DNA from: Chrysomallon squamiferum
Taxonomy: Eukaryota; Animalia; Mollusca
Reading direction: 5' to 3'
NCBI GenBank assembly: GCA_012295275.1
Contig: CM022670.1
Coordinates: 26,970,001 to 27,034,000 of the forward strand
Length of the DNA: 64,000 bases
Of the stretch, positions 52,157 through 64,000 are shown in pieces. The position numbers and the translations under genes were made by a program. How positions within the stretch are numbered: position 1 is the stretch's first letter; every line of letters starts with the position of its first letter. The notes under the pieces were generated by a model. The model did no database searches, had not been told where the DNA came from, and saw only the letters and a list, made by a program, of their open reading frames with translations.

Positions 52157-55100
52157 GATTATTTGTTTGCTTTTGTTTTGTTGTTACTTTACTTTAGTTG
52201 CTTTTTTTTTTTTTTTTTTTTTTTTTTTGGTAAAGATAGAATTATTAGAATCACTACTTGTTATGTAGTTGTATTATTTAATATGTTGATGTATAACAGA
52301 CAGATGTATGTACTTTAAAAAAAAATATAATGAACATATTCATCCAGATTTTAAGGAGGTTTAGCAAAATATACCTTCTTTTTTTTTTTTTTTGTTTTTT
52401 TTTTTTGTTCAATTTAATTAACATTTTTTATCTCACTGTTTTATACCATGATCAAATATTTTATTTTTGTTTATTTATTATTTAATTATTTTTCAAATTA
52501 ATGGTCTCCAAGTATTTTCTTTTTATGTTTTTCAAACATTTATAATACAGAAGCAAATTTAAAAATAAAAATATCATTTATTTTAAAAGATCTACAGTAA
52601 CAAGTTATATACATGTGTGTATCTGTATACATGTATATAACAAATATATACACACACAGACATACATATACGTATATATGTACGTGTGTGTGTGTATATG
52701 TATATGTTTGTATATATTATAAATACTTGTTCTTATTGATGTCACAGATCAAAATTAAACAGAAGATCACTAATGAATTATGAACTGGCTATGAAAAATA
52801 CTCCAAAAGGAATATACAGATAACAGTAAATATTGGAACTTGACGTGTCACGTGTGTCTGAAGCACTTATTAAATCTTTTACTTAAAATAAGTTTCATTA
52901 TGTTGTGTGATAAAAATCTGAAGTTGTCAAACCTGCAGACATAAACAGAAAACACTGAACGACTCAGTGACTGAAACATGTTTAGTAAAAAGCATCGCAA
53001 TGATAAAGATTGCATCGTTTATTTTTTTAACCTGAACTATAACCCTTTTCTTTTTTTCATAAATTTATATATACATTTCTTTACCTGTATTATTATTACG
53101 ATTACGATTATGATTATTATTATTGTTATTATTTTATTTATTGATTTATTTTATTATTTATTCTTTTTTATTATTATTTTTCTTTCATAAATTTATATAT
53201 ACATTTCTTTATCTGTATTATGAATATGATTGTGATTATTTTGATTATTATTATTATTATTATTTAGAACTGTGCACATTATTTTGATAGACACTTTTGT
53301 TGTGAACTAATTCGCAATCTTTCTGTGTTTATTATATTTTTATACTTAATATTATTAACCCAATTTCTGGAAAAGGAATTTTATTTATATCTGTTATTCT
53401 ATTATTTTTTAAAATATATTTTCACCCTCTTTTTATTATTTCTAATTAGAATTTTTTGTTTTGTTTACTTCATGATAAACTAATATAGATAATACTATTA
53501 GTTCATTTACAAAATATTTTAATTATAATATATTATTATTTCTTTCTGTCAAAATGTTTTTCTCTTTTTTAGAACAGAACAGCTTTTGTTTGAAACTGTA
53601 TAAACCATTTGTCCCCATTTGAATATATTACTTGATATCTCATGATTTTTATATTAAACTAAAAATACACAAATACAAGATCATAATCATCATCATCGCT
53701 TTAGGAATTATCTGTGCTTCATATAAATAAATAACAATACATATTTATTTTACACAGAGATATCCATAGATATATCTGCCGCATAATCAGATATACACTT
53801 AAACACACCCTATCGTTTATACAAATATTTTATTGCCTGTAATTATTAAATAAATATTTTAAATCACTATATTATTATTTCATTAATAGACAAAAATTGA
53901 CACCTTTCAAAGACACTGTTAAATTAAACCTCAACTATTATTCTGTGGCAATGTTATATAGTGATTATAAAAACATACATTAACATATATATAACTTTAA
54001 TAAGCACAAAACGATGTTGCTTTTAGCAATGCCTAACGAAGGTAAATGTATTTTATCGCCTAGGCCTTATGAGGACCCTACATTTTTGTTATTATTCTAT
54101 TTTTCAGACTTCTCGGCAATCTTTCAAAAGGTCCATTCAAAGGAAACGTATGATTTTCAAGTCGTAGAGATCTTCTTTGCCAAGATTTAGATTGAAAATG
54201 GATGACATCAGAGTGTATTCAGTCTCAGAAAACATATTCCTATGCAATTTTGTATATTAAATTATTTAGTCAGTTCTTGTGTTTTATTATTTATTTGAAG
54301 CTTATTTATATTTACACTGTCACAAAATTACCAGATTTTAAAAAAGAGGAAACTCTCTGTTGATTATTTTTTAATTTATTTAAAGTTACCCTTTTTCTAA
54401 GGATATATAAACAAAACTTTTTCGAAAATTAACTTCAAAATGTTGGAGGTAGAAATTCAAGAATGAGATCACTTCCTATGCATAGTAAATAAAGCTCGGC
54501 AGAGCAATAGTGTTGTGTATGTGTAAGTGTGCGTGCGTGTGTATGTATGTAAGTTTTTCACCCACATGCTCATTCACGCCAAATAACACAGTTTATACTA
54601 TATATTCCGTCTTTATTAAATCCAACAACATTTATATTTTACAGTCTAGATGATACTGCTTGGCTAACACTGTTATTACTATCAACTCAGTAATAATCAT
54701 TAAAACCTGACTTAATTAACGAGATCCGAGACAGACCCGTGTATGTCAGAACAGTTCCAAATCGCTCAACTTCACAAAGCGTTTTTACACGCAAGCATCA
54801 GTGCTGCCATCTAGGGAGAATCAAGATCTCCAACAATTTAAAAGGGGGCCGAGATTACTAGTCCGAAATTACAGAAGTCCGAAGTTACCAGCTGTAAAGC
54901 AGAGAAAGGCAAGAAGCCTACCATAAGCAAATTAGATTTCCTTGAGCCCAGAGACAACTTAAAGAACATCCAAATCACGTGGCTGAAATAGACATCAAAA
55001 CAAACATAATGAAGAAAACACAAAAAGTCTAACAAACCCCAACATTTTGCCATATGGTTGGGCCAAGACGCCTACGAGAAAAATATTTGCATACTTAAAA

Positions 55101-56036
55101 ACCCCAAGAAATTCGCTTTCATTTCATTAGAATCACTGAAGTAAAATGTGTTTGGTTCCACTATCATCAGTTTCGTTCGTATTTGCTAAAAGGACGGATT
55201 CTGTAACCGATCAAATTGTGAAGCAGTCTGATCCATATCACACTGCACCTTACTGAACCGTAAAACTAACACTGCTCATAAAACTAACCCTAGCCCTAAT
55301 CCATACCCTAAAACCTCACACCACTAAACCCTACCTTTAACATTAACCCTCATTTAAATCTCTATCACTTGGTTTAAACTTCAACCTGTTTCAAAAGACT
55401 TTGGGAAAGGACAAACTATATTATACTTTTGTTTTTCATATTTAAAAAGACGGTTTGGTGACTACGTTCTATGAAATTTACATCGCCAGTCTTTCCGATA
55501 CAAAATAAACAAAACTCAGTTAAAGTATAACAGATGATAACCACCATATTGATAGGAAATAGAATTCACAGTGCCATATCGTTTAAAAAAACAAACAACC
55601 CCCAAAAAAAAATTACTCACAAACATGGAAAATCGGTAAGAAAAATTCTGAATTGATCTTACTTACAGAAAAGGTAGAAATTGTCAGCTAATTTATATAT
55701 TATTTTAATGGGCCTTATCTTAACTGAAAACATTTATCTACAAATTCACATCTATCATTAATTTCAAATAATCCAAAAGTTTATATTGCTTGTAATGAAA
55801 ACAATTACTTGGACTCTGTTGTTGTTTTAATACATTATGGAATTTTAGCTTATTGTAGTGTTATATTTGTTAAAAGCAAAGGATTGATAAAAGTTTTCCC
55901 TCACTGCACAATGCACACCATTAAAAATATAGCCTTTGTACAGTTTTTTGACATATAAACAGTTTATTGCTTTCTATTTCATATTACAATATTTTTGAAG
56001 AAATTGCCAAGACACGTCAGGCTCATACTTCTCAAC

Positions 56037-56260
56037 GTAACTCTAAATATAACAGTGAACAGCTCTCATACAAGAGGTAACTAAATATATCGGTGAACAT
56101 CTCTCACACAAGGGCGATAACTCTAAATATATCGGTGAACATCTCTCACACAAGGGCGGTAACTCTAAATATATCGGTGAACATCTTTCACACAAGGGCG
56201 GTAACTCTAAATATATCAGTGAACATCTCTCACATAAGGGCGGTAACTCTAAATATATCA
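56037..56260. repeat. 42-bp minisatellite (~5 units)
   Basis: Unit GTAACTCTAAATATATC(A/G)GTGAACATCTCTCACACAAGGGCG. Confidence 0.95.
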
Positions 56261-56394
56261 TTGAGGATAGACAACCTCAGCAGCCTGCTCCGCAACCTAT
56301 TCAGCCGCAATATCCTTCTTTCAGTTATTTCTGTTTTTTTTACATTTTGCATTATATTTCTTAGCATTTTGTGTGTAGTGTGCCTGCAGTTTAT

Positions 56395-56442
56395 TGTTAC
56401 GCTTCAAGTGTGCCCCGACTTCAAAAAGTTTGAGAACCACTG
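56395..56442. mobile_element. hAT (Charlie-type) DNA transposon terminal fragment
   Basis: AAAGTTTGAGAACCACTG is the reverse complement of CAGTGGTTCTCAAACTTT, a typical hAT-Charlie terminus. No partner TIR found; absent from the second duplicate copy. Confidence 0.5.
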
Positions 56443-56499
56443 CACTAAGGCAAAGTTTATATACTTCTATTATTTTTTTTTATTACTTGTAATATTACA

Positions 56500-56559
<60 letters not shown>

Positions 56560-57866
56560 TTCATCATCATCATTAAAGAATACAGAGAAGAAAAGAAAAT
56601 CAAATAATAACTGAAAAACAAACTATTCCCTTGACCGGGCTCGAACCCGTTCGGTCACAGTTCGCGCCCCGATCAAACAATAAAGCGAAAGATGAGGATA
56701 TTTAGGTGCGAATAATAATAATAATAGTCATAATAACAATAAACTGATTATAGATAATAAACGAAAAAAATAACAATAAATTTTGGAAGGCGCTTACGAA
56801 TGGTCGGCCAATAACTCAAAGTCCCTTACCCAGATATTTGTCCGACGTTCTTACGAACGTGGCCATTTCATATGCACCAACATGTATTGAAAAATAAATC
56901 TCTATAAAACTAACTTTCCGGAACTAATTTCCCCCAAAATTATTATTATTTAGTGTTAATTTTTTATTTTTAGATATGGGTGCATTTCTTTATTGGTAAA
57001 TTCAATGTAACAACGTGTTCTAAATTAATTTTTGAATAATGTAACGACCAAGAAACAAAGGGACGTAACTCTCAAACGTTTTGTTTGCAGCAATAATGAA
57101 ATCATTTTATTTTTAGTGAACGAGCAATATATTTTGCCTAATATTTAAAGAATATAAATGTTTTGATTTTTAATTTTTAATGTTTTTTGGGGGGGGGGTA
57201 TATGACCATGCATATTAAAATTGAGGTGAAATCTAGCCGCGATGGTAATTTTACAGACGTCTTTTGTAAATTCAAATAAAAAATTTTGTTCGGTTTGTCT
57301 TCTTTTTTCATTCACAAAAAGACGAAAAACCATTCAGAAGCCTGGTAAGACAAATTAGAAATGTTAGAAATTGCCAGTTAATTTGCACAAAATTTGCACT
57401 TTTCCAACAGTAATATGTTATTGTTTACATTTATACATTCACATTGATTTCTTTGGTCGCATATTAACCTGTGGGACCCAAATGGAAATGCTTTGAAAAT
57501 GTTGTGACAGTTTTGGAAATATAGTTATAAATAACATCTTTCAGTGCCTTTTTGCTGCACCCATACGAAGACTAAATAAACAAATAAATAAAAAGAAACA
57601 AATCCATTATTTTATTTACTGTGTTACTCGTACTTGTCGGTGCAAACACGCAGTTCGTGTGACGTCATTCCAACTTATGTAACACTTTATTAGCTTTATT
57701 AGTTTTAAAAACAAACAAAAAATTAAGATCGATTAGAAACCGTCTATCAGATCACAGCAAAATTTCGTAGGCTTCATAATCATTATAAAAGTGATATGTA
57801 GTAGGTACGAGTAAAAGTCAGATATATTTTTCATGATTCTTGCTTTTTCAACAACAAAAAAAAAAA

Positions 57867-57910
<44 letters not shown>

Positions 57911-58485
57911 CATATCAAATCAAATCAAATCAGATCAATAAATAAATAAGTCAAATGAAATAAAAATTAAAAATTAGTTTGATCATGCATTCCTATAAAT
58001 CAATTAATTTGGAGTTCTCTGATAGCAAATATTCACATACACCAGACCAGTATACGCACTACGTTAATAATGACCGTAGTATAAAGTATTCGTTCGTGTA
58101 GTAGTTGTAGTACTGTAGTAGTATTTTTTCTTCTAACACAAATAATGAAATATATTTTACAACAATTAGTCTTTCCGTTTCAATATGAAGAAGTTTTTCT
58201 AGTGTTTCAATTATTTTTCTTCCCTAATCTGTCATGGTACTTAAACAGTCAGATATGTTTTAGCAGGACCTTGTTTGTTTTCCACGTAGTCAAACACAAG
58301 AAGAACATATAAATATACTTGGAGCACTTCTGCATTGGGGGTGATAAGGACTTTCTGATTCATCAGACACATTACAATAAGTTTGATCCGAAAGTATTGT
58401 CATTTAACTGCTGGTCTTTGAATCTGAAAAATAACTACAATATATAATATTAAAACATAAACAATGTGTTGCTTTCATTCCTTTT

Positions 58486-58645
58486 GCCAAAGATAATTTT
58501 ATTTTATTTTTTTTTTTCGAAGCTATCTGAAATTCAGCATTTGTTCAGAAAACAAATGTTTTCGTTTCATAGAAATGTTTATGAAAGGTATGCCGAATTT
58601 TTAGGAATGTTTGTAAATTTTTATTATTTACTGACTATGTTGGTA

Positions 58646-58690
<45 letters not shown>
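58486..58690 (+). repeat. ~200-bp dispersed repeat, copy A
   Basis: Shares 'ccaaagataa...gctatctga...agaaatgtttatga(a/g)aggtatgccgaatttttaggaatgttt...tgttggtaattattatt' with 62798-62965. Confidence 0.8.
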
Positions 58691-58995
58691 TGCATTGACA
58701 GTTGCTAGGCAGATAGCAAACATCATCAAATTCATGAACGTTACTCTATTATTTGTTTTACGCTAAAACAAACACTTGTAATTTAAAGACACACACACAC
58801 GAATCTACACTGAAATTATTAAACGTGGGCTTTTGTCTTTGTTTGTTTTACTTGTTTCCTTGAGTTTACAATTCTGCTTCGTCTTCTTTTTTAGTTTTTA
58901 ATCAAATAATATTTACGAGTCCTTCACAAAATTTGTTAAATTGTCTTTGCTTGGGATGATAAATGATATTGTTGGTGATGATGCACCATCAATCT

Positions 58996-60207
58996 TCATT
59001 CTTTCTTAACGACCATATCCTTCCTTTCCGTTAGGACACCTGTAAATATAATTTAATTAATAGAAACTATATAAAATTCAATCTTTTTAAATTTGTAGTT
59101 TCACCTTTGAACGTGAAATTTATGAATATTATTGGCGTGTCCTCTTACCTGCAGTAGGTACATTAATCCTGAAAATAACGTATTCTAGGATCTAGGTAGA
59201 TATTCGTAATGATAAAAAATTGATTATATTAAGAGCGGAAAGATATCCAGTAAGAAATTGCCGGTTGCCCGGAAGAAGATTTTATACACGTTGCAAACTC
59301 GTTCGAAACGAGTTTTGGCTGATAAGCAAGCGCGGTAGTTTACCAGTGACAGTATGAGTGATAGTGTGTAAAAGTGTGATAAATAGCCAAAGTTTTCTTG
59401 TGAAACGTATTCCTATCACTATCACAGTCACTACCCATCTAAAATTTTAATACATTATGGAATTTTAGCCTATTATATTGTTATATTTGTTAAAAGCAAA
59501 CGATTGATAAAAGTTTTCCCTCACTGCACAATGCCCACCATTAAAAAATAGTGTTTGTACAGTTTTTGACATTTTAACAGTCCATTGCTTTGTATTTCAT
59601 AATACAATATTTTTGAAGAAATTGCCAAGACACGTCAGGCTCATACTTCTCATCAGCACAAAACAGATGATGAATAAAGGTATATACTCTAAATATATCA
59701 CTGAACATCTCTCACACAAGGGCGGTAACTCTAAATATATTAGTGAACAACTCTCATACAAGGGCGGTAACAAAATATATCAGTGAGCATCTCTCACACA
59801 AGGGCGGTAACTCTAAATATATTAGTGAACAACTCTCATACAAGGGCGGTAACAAAATATATCAGTGAGCATCTCTCACACAAAGGCGGTAACTAAATAT
59901 ATCGGTGAACATCTCTCACACAAGGGAGGTAACTCTAAATATATCAGTGAACATCTTTCTCACAAGGGCGGTAACTCTAAATATATCAGTGAACATATCT
60001 CACACAAGGGCGGTAACTCTAAATATATCAGTGAACATCTCACAGACAAGGGCAGTAACTCTAAATATATCAGTGAACATCTCTCATACAAGGGCGGTAA
60101 CTCTAAATATATCAGTGAACATCTCTCACACGAGAACCGTTTATACGCGAAATGATGACGAATCTGACATAGATGTAGACAATGAGGATATACAACCTCA
60201 GTAGCCT

Positions 60208-60260
<53 letters not shown>

Positions 60261-62323
60261 ATCATAATTAATGAAAAAAAATAAAATCAAATAATAACTG
60301 AAAAACAAACTATTCCCTTGACTGGGCTCGAACCCGTTCGGTCACAGTTCGCGCCCCGATCTAACTATAAAGCGAAAGATGAGGATATTTAGGTGCGAAT
60401 AATAATAATAATAGTCATAATAACAATAAACTGATGATAGATAATAAACGAAAAAAATAACAATAAATTTTGGAAGGCGCTTACGAATGGTCGGCCAATA
60501 ACTCAAAGTCCCTTACCCAGACATTTGTCCGACGTTCTTACGAACGTGGCCATTTCATATGCACCGACATATATTGAAAAATAAATCTATATAAAACTAA
60601 CTTTCCGGAACTAATGCCAAAAACTAAATTATTATTATTTAGTATTAATTTTTAATTTTTAGCTATGGATGCATTTCGTTATCGTTAAATTCAATGTAAT
60701 AACGTGTTCTAAATTTAAAAAAAACTTTTTAAAATAACGTAACGTTCAAGAAACGAAGGGACGTAACTCTGAAGCGTTTTATATACAGCAATAATGAAAT
60801 CATTTTATTTTTAGTGAACGAGCAATACATTTTGCCGAATATTTAAAGAATATAAACCTTTTTTCTTTTTTCTTTTTTGTATATGACCATGCATATTAAA
60901 ACTGAGGTGATATCTAGCCGCGATGGTAATTTTAAAGACGTCGTTTGTAAATTCAAATAAGAAATTTTGTTCGGTTTGTCTTTTTTTTTTCATTTGCAGT
61001 GCTATGTCGTTTCGAAAACTGACGAAAAGACGAAAAACCATTCAGAAGCCTGGGTAACTGGTAAGACAAATTAGAAACGTTAGAAATCGTCAGATAATCT
61101 GCACAAAATTTCGCATTTAGATTATAGAGTAACGTCTGACGCTTAATGCAAGAACAATATATTATTGCTTTTAATGGGTAACATTTTAACGGAAAATATC
61201 CCTGTTGCAACATCAACAGTAATATGTTGTTGTTTACATTTATACATTCACACTGATTTCTTCGGTCGCATGTAAATCTGTGGGACCGAGGTGGAAATGT
61301 TTTGAAAATTTTGAGATAGTTTTGGAAATATTGTTATAAATAACATCTTTCAGTGCCTTTTTGCTGCTCCCATATGAAGACCAAATAAATAAATAAATAA
61401 ATAAATAAATAAGAAAAAAACAAATCAATTATTTTATTTGCTGTGTTGCTCGCAATTCTTGCTGCAAACATTGAGTTCGGGTGACGTCATTCCTGCTTAT
61501 GTAACACTTTGTTCAATTTATTATTTTTCACAACAAACCAAAAATGAAGATCGATTAAAAACCATCCATTAGATCAAAGTAAAATTTCGTAGGCTTTATA
61601 TATGTGATATGCAGGAGTAAAATATGTGATAGGTACGAGTAAAAGACAAATATATTTTTCATGATTCTTTTGTATTTGAAATGAATCAAATAAAATAAAA
61701 AAAATTAAATAAAAAAAATCAGAAATAAAATAAATAAATAAATAAAATAAAAAATAAAAATGAAAAATAAAACACATAAATATACTCGCAGCACCTCTTG
61801 ACCAGGTTCATAAAACAAATCACAATGAAAATTCTGCTGTTGTTGCAAAACTAAAAACATCAAACCAATACTAAAACCCTGATTTTTAGATAAAAAGAAA
61901 ATAATTATAAACAAATATATTCAACAAACGTATAATCAAATACATAATATTAATACACAGTTCAATAAAATAAAATCTAAGGAGAAGTCAATTACATGCA
62001 TTTTAAAATTAATATCAACTGTTACAATTCATTCCCTCCAAACTATTTCCCCCGTCCCATGTGTTAAATGTAATCTTAAACAAAAGCAATTAACTTCAGG
62101 AGGGGTTCTGTTCTCTTTTTCAGGCCAGGATTAACCTCTAGCTAACACCAGATTAATGGATGTGATGTTTGTGTTTATCGGCTTCCGTCGCATGGACACA
62201 TGTCATACCAATAATAATTTCTTCCACATATGTTAATTACCAATTACACGTAAATATAAAACATATGCAATATTGTAAGTAGTGATGTCAGTTACACTTA
62301 CCTCAGAGGACCAGTGTCGCCAC
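58996..62323 (-). CDS. Probable 3' exons of an unidentified minus-strand gene extending beyond the window
   Basis: Strong junctions on minus: ttcag|22 nt (62323-62302)|gtaagt; tttcag|20 nt (59168-59149)|gtaaga; tttacag|59039-58996 (TGA). Joined frame: GDTGPLRINVPTAGVLTERKDMVVKKE*. Could instead be UTR or lncRNA exons. Confidence 0.5.
59445..61669 (+). repeat. Copy 2 of the ~2-kb direct repeat
   Basis: Collinear with 55825-57841; has a longer minisatellite and small indels. Confidence 0.9.
59685..60132. repeat. 42-bp minisatellite (~10-11 units)
   Basis: Same unit as 56037-56260, with some shorter variant units. Confidence 0.95.
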
Positions 62324-62797
62324 CTGAACAAAAATAATTATTATTCACTTTTAAATATATTTCCAGGTGAAAACTTATACAAACCCCATTCAGTTATTAT
62401 AAATCGTAACCATTGTTATTTAACGTTATGCCAAGACATTTAATAAATTGTTCGCTAGCATATTCAAAATAAAATATAATTATTTTCTTATCTCTAATAT
62501 ATAATATCTTAAATATCCATCTTTAATAGACATTTTAAAATGAAACCAATAAACCTAAATTAATTACTCATCTGTAAGACATATGTGAAACCAAATATTA
62601 ACAAAAAAAATGACCTTCACTAGCAATTGTTTAAGTTCCTGCAATGTCCCAGGCCAGAGTGCAATGCTTTGCTCTCTGAGAATGTCCGCCCCACCCCCTT
62701 AAATTCCAGGCAGCAACCGCCAATAAGGGTCGTGTCACATGACCATATATGGCAACAATAGAATAGGAAGCATTGGCTATTATTTCTCTATTCTAAA

Positions 62798-62963
62798 CCA
62801 AAGATAAATTTTTTTTCTTTCTATTCCGATGCTATCTGATATTCAACATTTGTTACAAAACAAATGTTTTCATTTAATAGAAATGTTTATGAGAGGTATG
62901 CCGAATTTTTAGGAATGTTTAAACAAATTTGTTATATGACTGTTGGTAATTATTATTATTATT

Positions 62964-62965
<2 letters not shown>
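62798..62965 (+). repeat. ~200-bp dispersed repeat, copy B
   Basis: Matches 58486-58690. Confidence 0.8.
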
Positions 62966-62996
<31 letters not shown>

Positions 62997-63766
62997 ATTT
63001 GTTTATTTATTTATTTTAGTCGAAAAAATAATCATGTTCTATAAAATAAAAAGTCGAATATATTGTCAGGATTCACTGGTAAATAACAGTAGATATTTTC
63101 TTGTTTTAAATTATTTTAAAAGTCGAATTCATGCTAGAAATACGTTGAAGATCGAATTGTTAATCGTGAAATAATACTTTTTCCTTGTACATGTTTCCTG
63201 TGGTAAGAAGCACTAAATCAAACTTATCGATACTAATATAATTTTATTTAGCAAAAATATTGAAACATTATGAATTATTCTGGTTCAACTAGACAGTCTG
63301 ATCCACTCTTGAAAAAATTAAGCCCTGCTGTCTGCTTTAGTCCATCATAATTATGGGAATTTTACGACCCTAACAAAATTGGAAGATTTAATCTAAATTT
63401 AGTCTTGTATCTTATTCGACATTTTGTCCATCATTTTAATGGATTTACTGTTTCTTTTTTTTTTTTTTTTTTTTTTTTTGGACAGACAGCTTCTCCGCTA
63501 CACACCTTTTAGTCCATTAAATGTATTTTACATATAACAGAACTGTTTAATCATGGATATTATGGGATGATTCTGGATATTATAGAAAGTATAATGATGG
63601 TTACTATGGTATTATTTAGCATTTGAAAGAACTGTTTGATCGTGCAAACTATTAATTTGTTATAAAAGATCATGTTATAAAAATAAGATAACAGACACAC
63701 GTATATATACTAAATTTATATTTTGTTTTATCGTTGTTATCTGTTCATTATTATTATTATTATTTA

Positions 63767-63819
<53 letters not shown>

Positions 63820-64000
63820 GTTATAGTATATATATAACTGAAAAATCGTGTTATTTTGGACCAAATATAAACTTGTGATTTTCAACAGAACAGAAACGTA
63901 TTCTGGAAACCGTGCCTTTGCAAAAGTAGAAGTTTATTATCTTGACTTCAACAGAACAATTTACAATTTATTCATGATGTCTGGTTCTTTTTATTAATCT

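Larger units (their letters stand above)
55825..57841 (+). repeat. Copy 1 of a ~2-kb direct repeat (composite element or local duplication)
   Basis: Collinear, high similarity to 59445-61669, from 'ttttaatacattatggaattttagc' through 'tttcatgattct'. Confidence 0.9.

Noticed and set aside
55280-55350. Interstitial telomeric repeat
   Set aside because: Only a few highly degenerate TAACCC-like units; more likely part of a transposon remnant.
56620-56700. tRNA gene (also 60310-60390)
   Set aside because: Only a B-box/T-arm-like hairpin; no A-box, acceptor stem or cloverleaf.
56037-60132. CRISPR-like array
   Set aside because: Units are contiguous tandem repeats with no unique spacers, in a eukaryotic context with no cas genes.
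59865-60265. Repetitive ORFs (ISEHLSHKGGNSKY)n and (LIYLELPPLCERCS)n, also at 56043-56614
   Set aside because: They are translations of a 42-bp minisatellite open in several frames on both strands and broken by variant units; no splice support.
62640-62790. Promoter-like cluster (CCGCCCC, CCAAT, GTCACATGAC, ATGGCAAC)
   Set aside because: It abuts a dispersed repeat and resembles transposon-borne GTCACATGACC motifs; no linked first exon found.

Overview
Very AT-rich, intron-containing animal genomic DNA. A MetaSINE-like remnant and the repeat landscape suggest a mollusc, possibly a gastropod; this is an inference. Most ORF-track entries are microsatellite artefacts, so I rebuilt genes by hand from GT-AG junctions and phase continuity. 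Left to right: the 3' part of a TBC1D2/TBC1D2B Rab-GAP gene (+, 13 exons, stop 16510); complete RNASEH1 (-, 8 exons); complete RPS7 (+, head-to-head with RNASEH1 across about 120 bp); PEX13 (-, 4 exons); an unrecognised, mostly disordered ~670-aa protein gene (+, two candidate first exons); and probably the last exons of a minus-strand gene entering from the right edge. Repeats include a Tc2/pogo-type MITE, SINE/LINE/hAT remnants, 124-bp and 42-bp minisatellites, a ~2-kb direct duplication and many microsatellites. The most notable observations are a PEX13 C-terminal tail that sits in the +1 frame, a phase-complementary microexon pair plus a 111-nt cassette exon in the 7.9-kb TBC1D2 intron, the compact RNASEH1/RPS7 bidirectional pair that mirrors the human arrangement, and an expanded coiled-coil-like linker exon in RNase H1. 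I found no clearly new biological system; all candidates need RNA-seq or homology checks.
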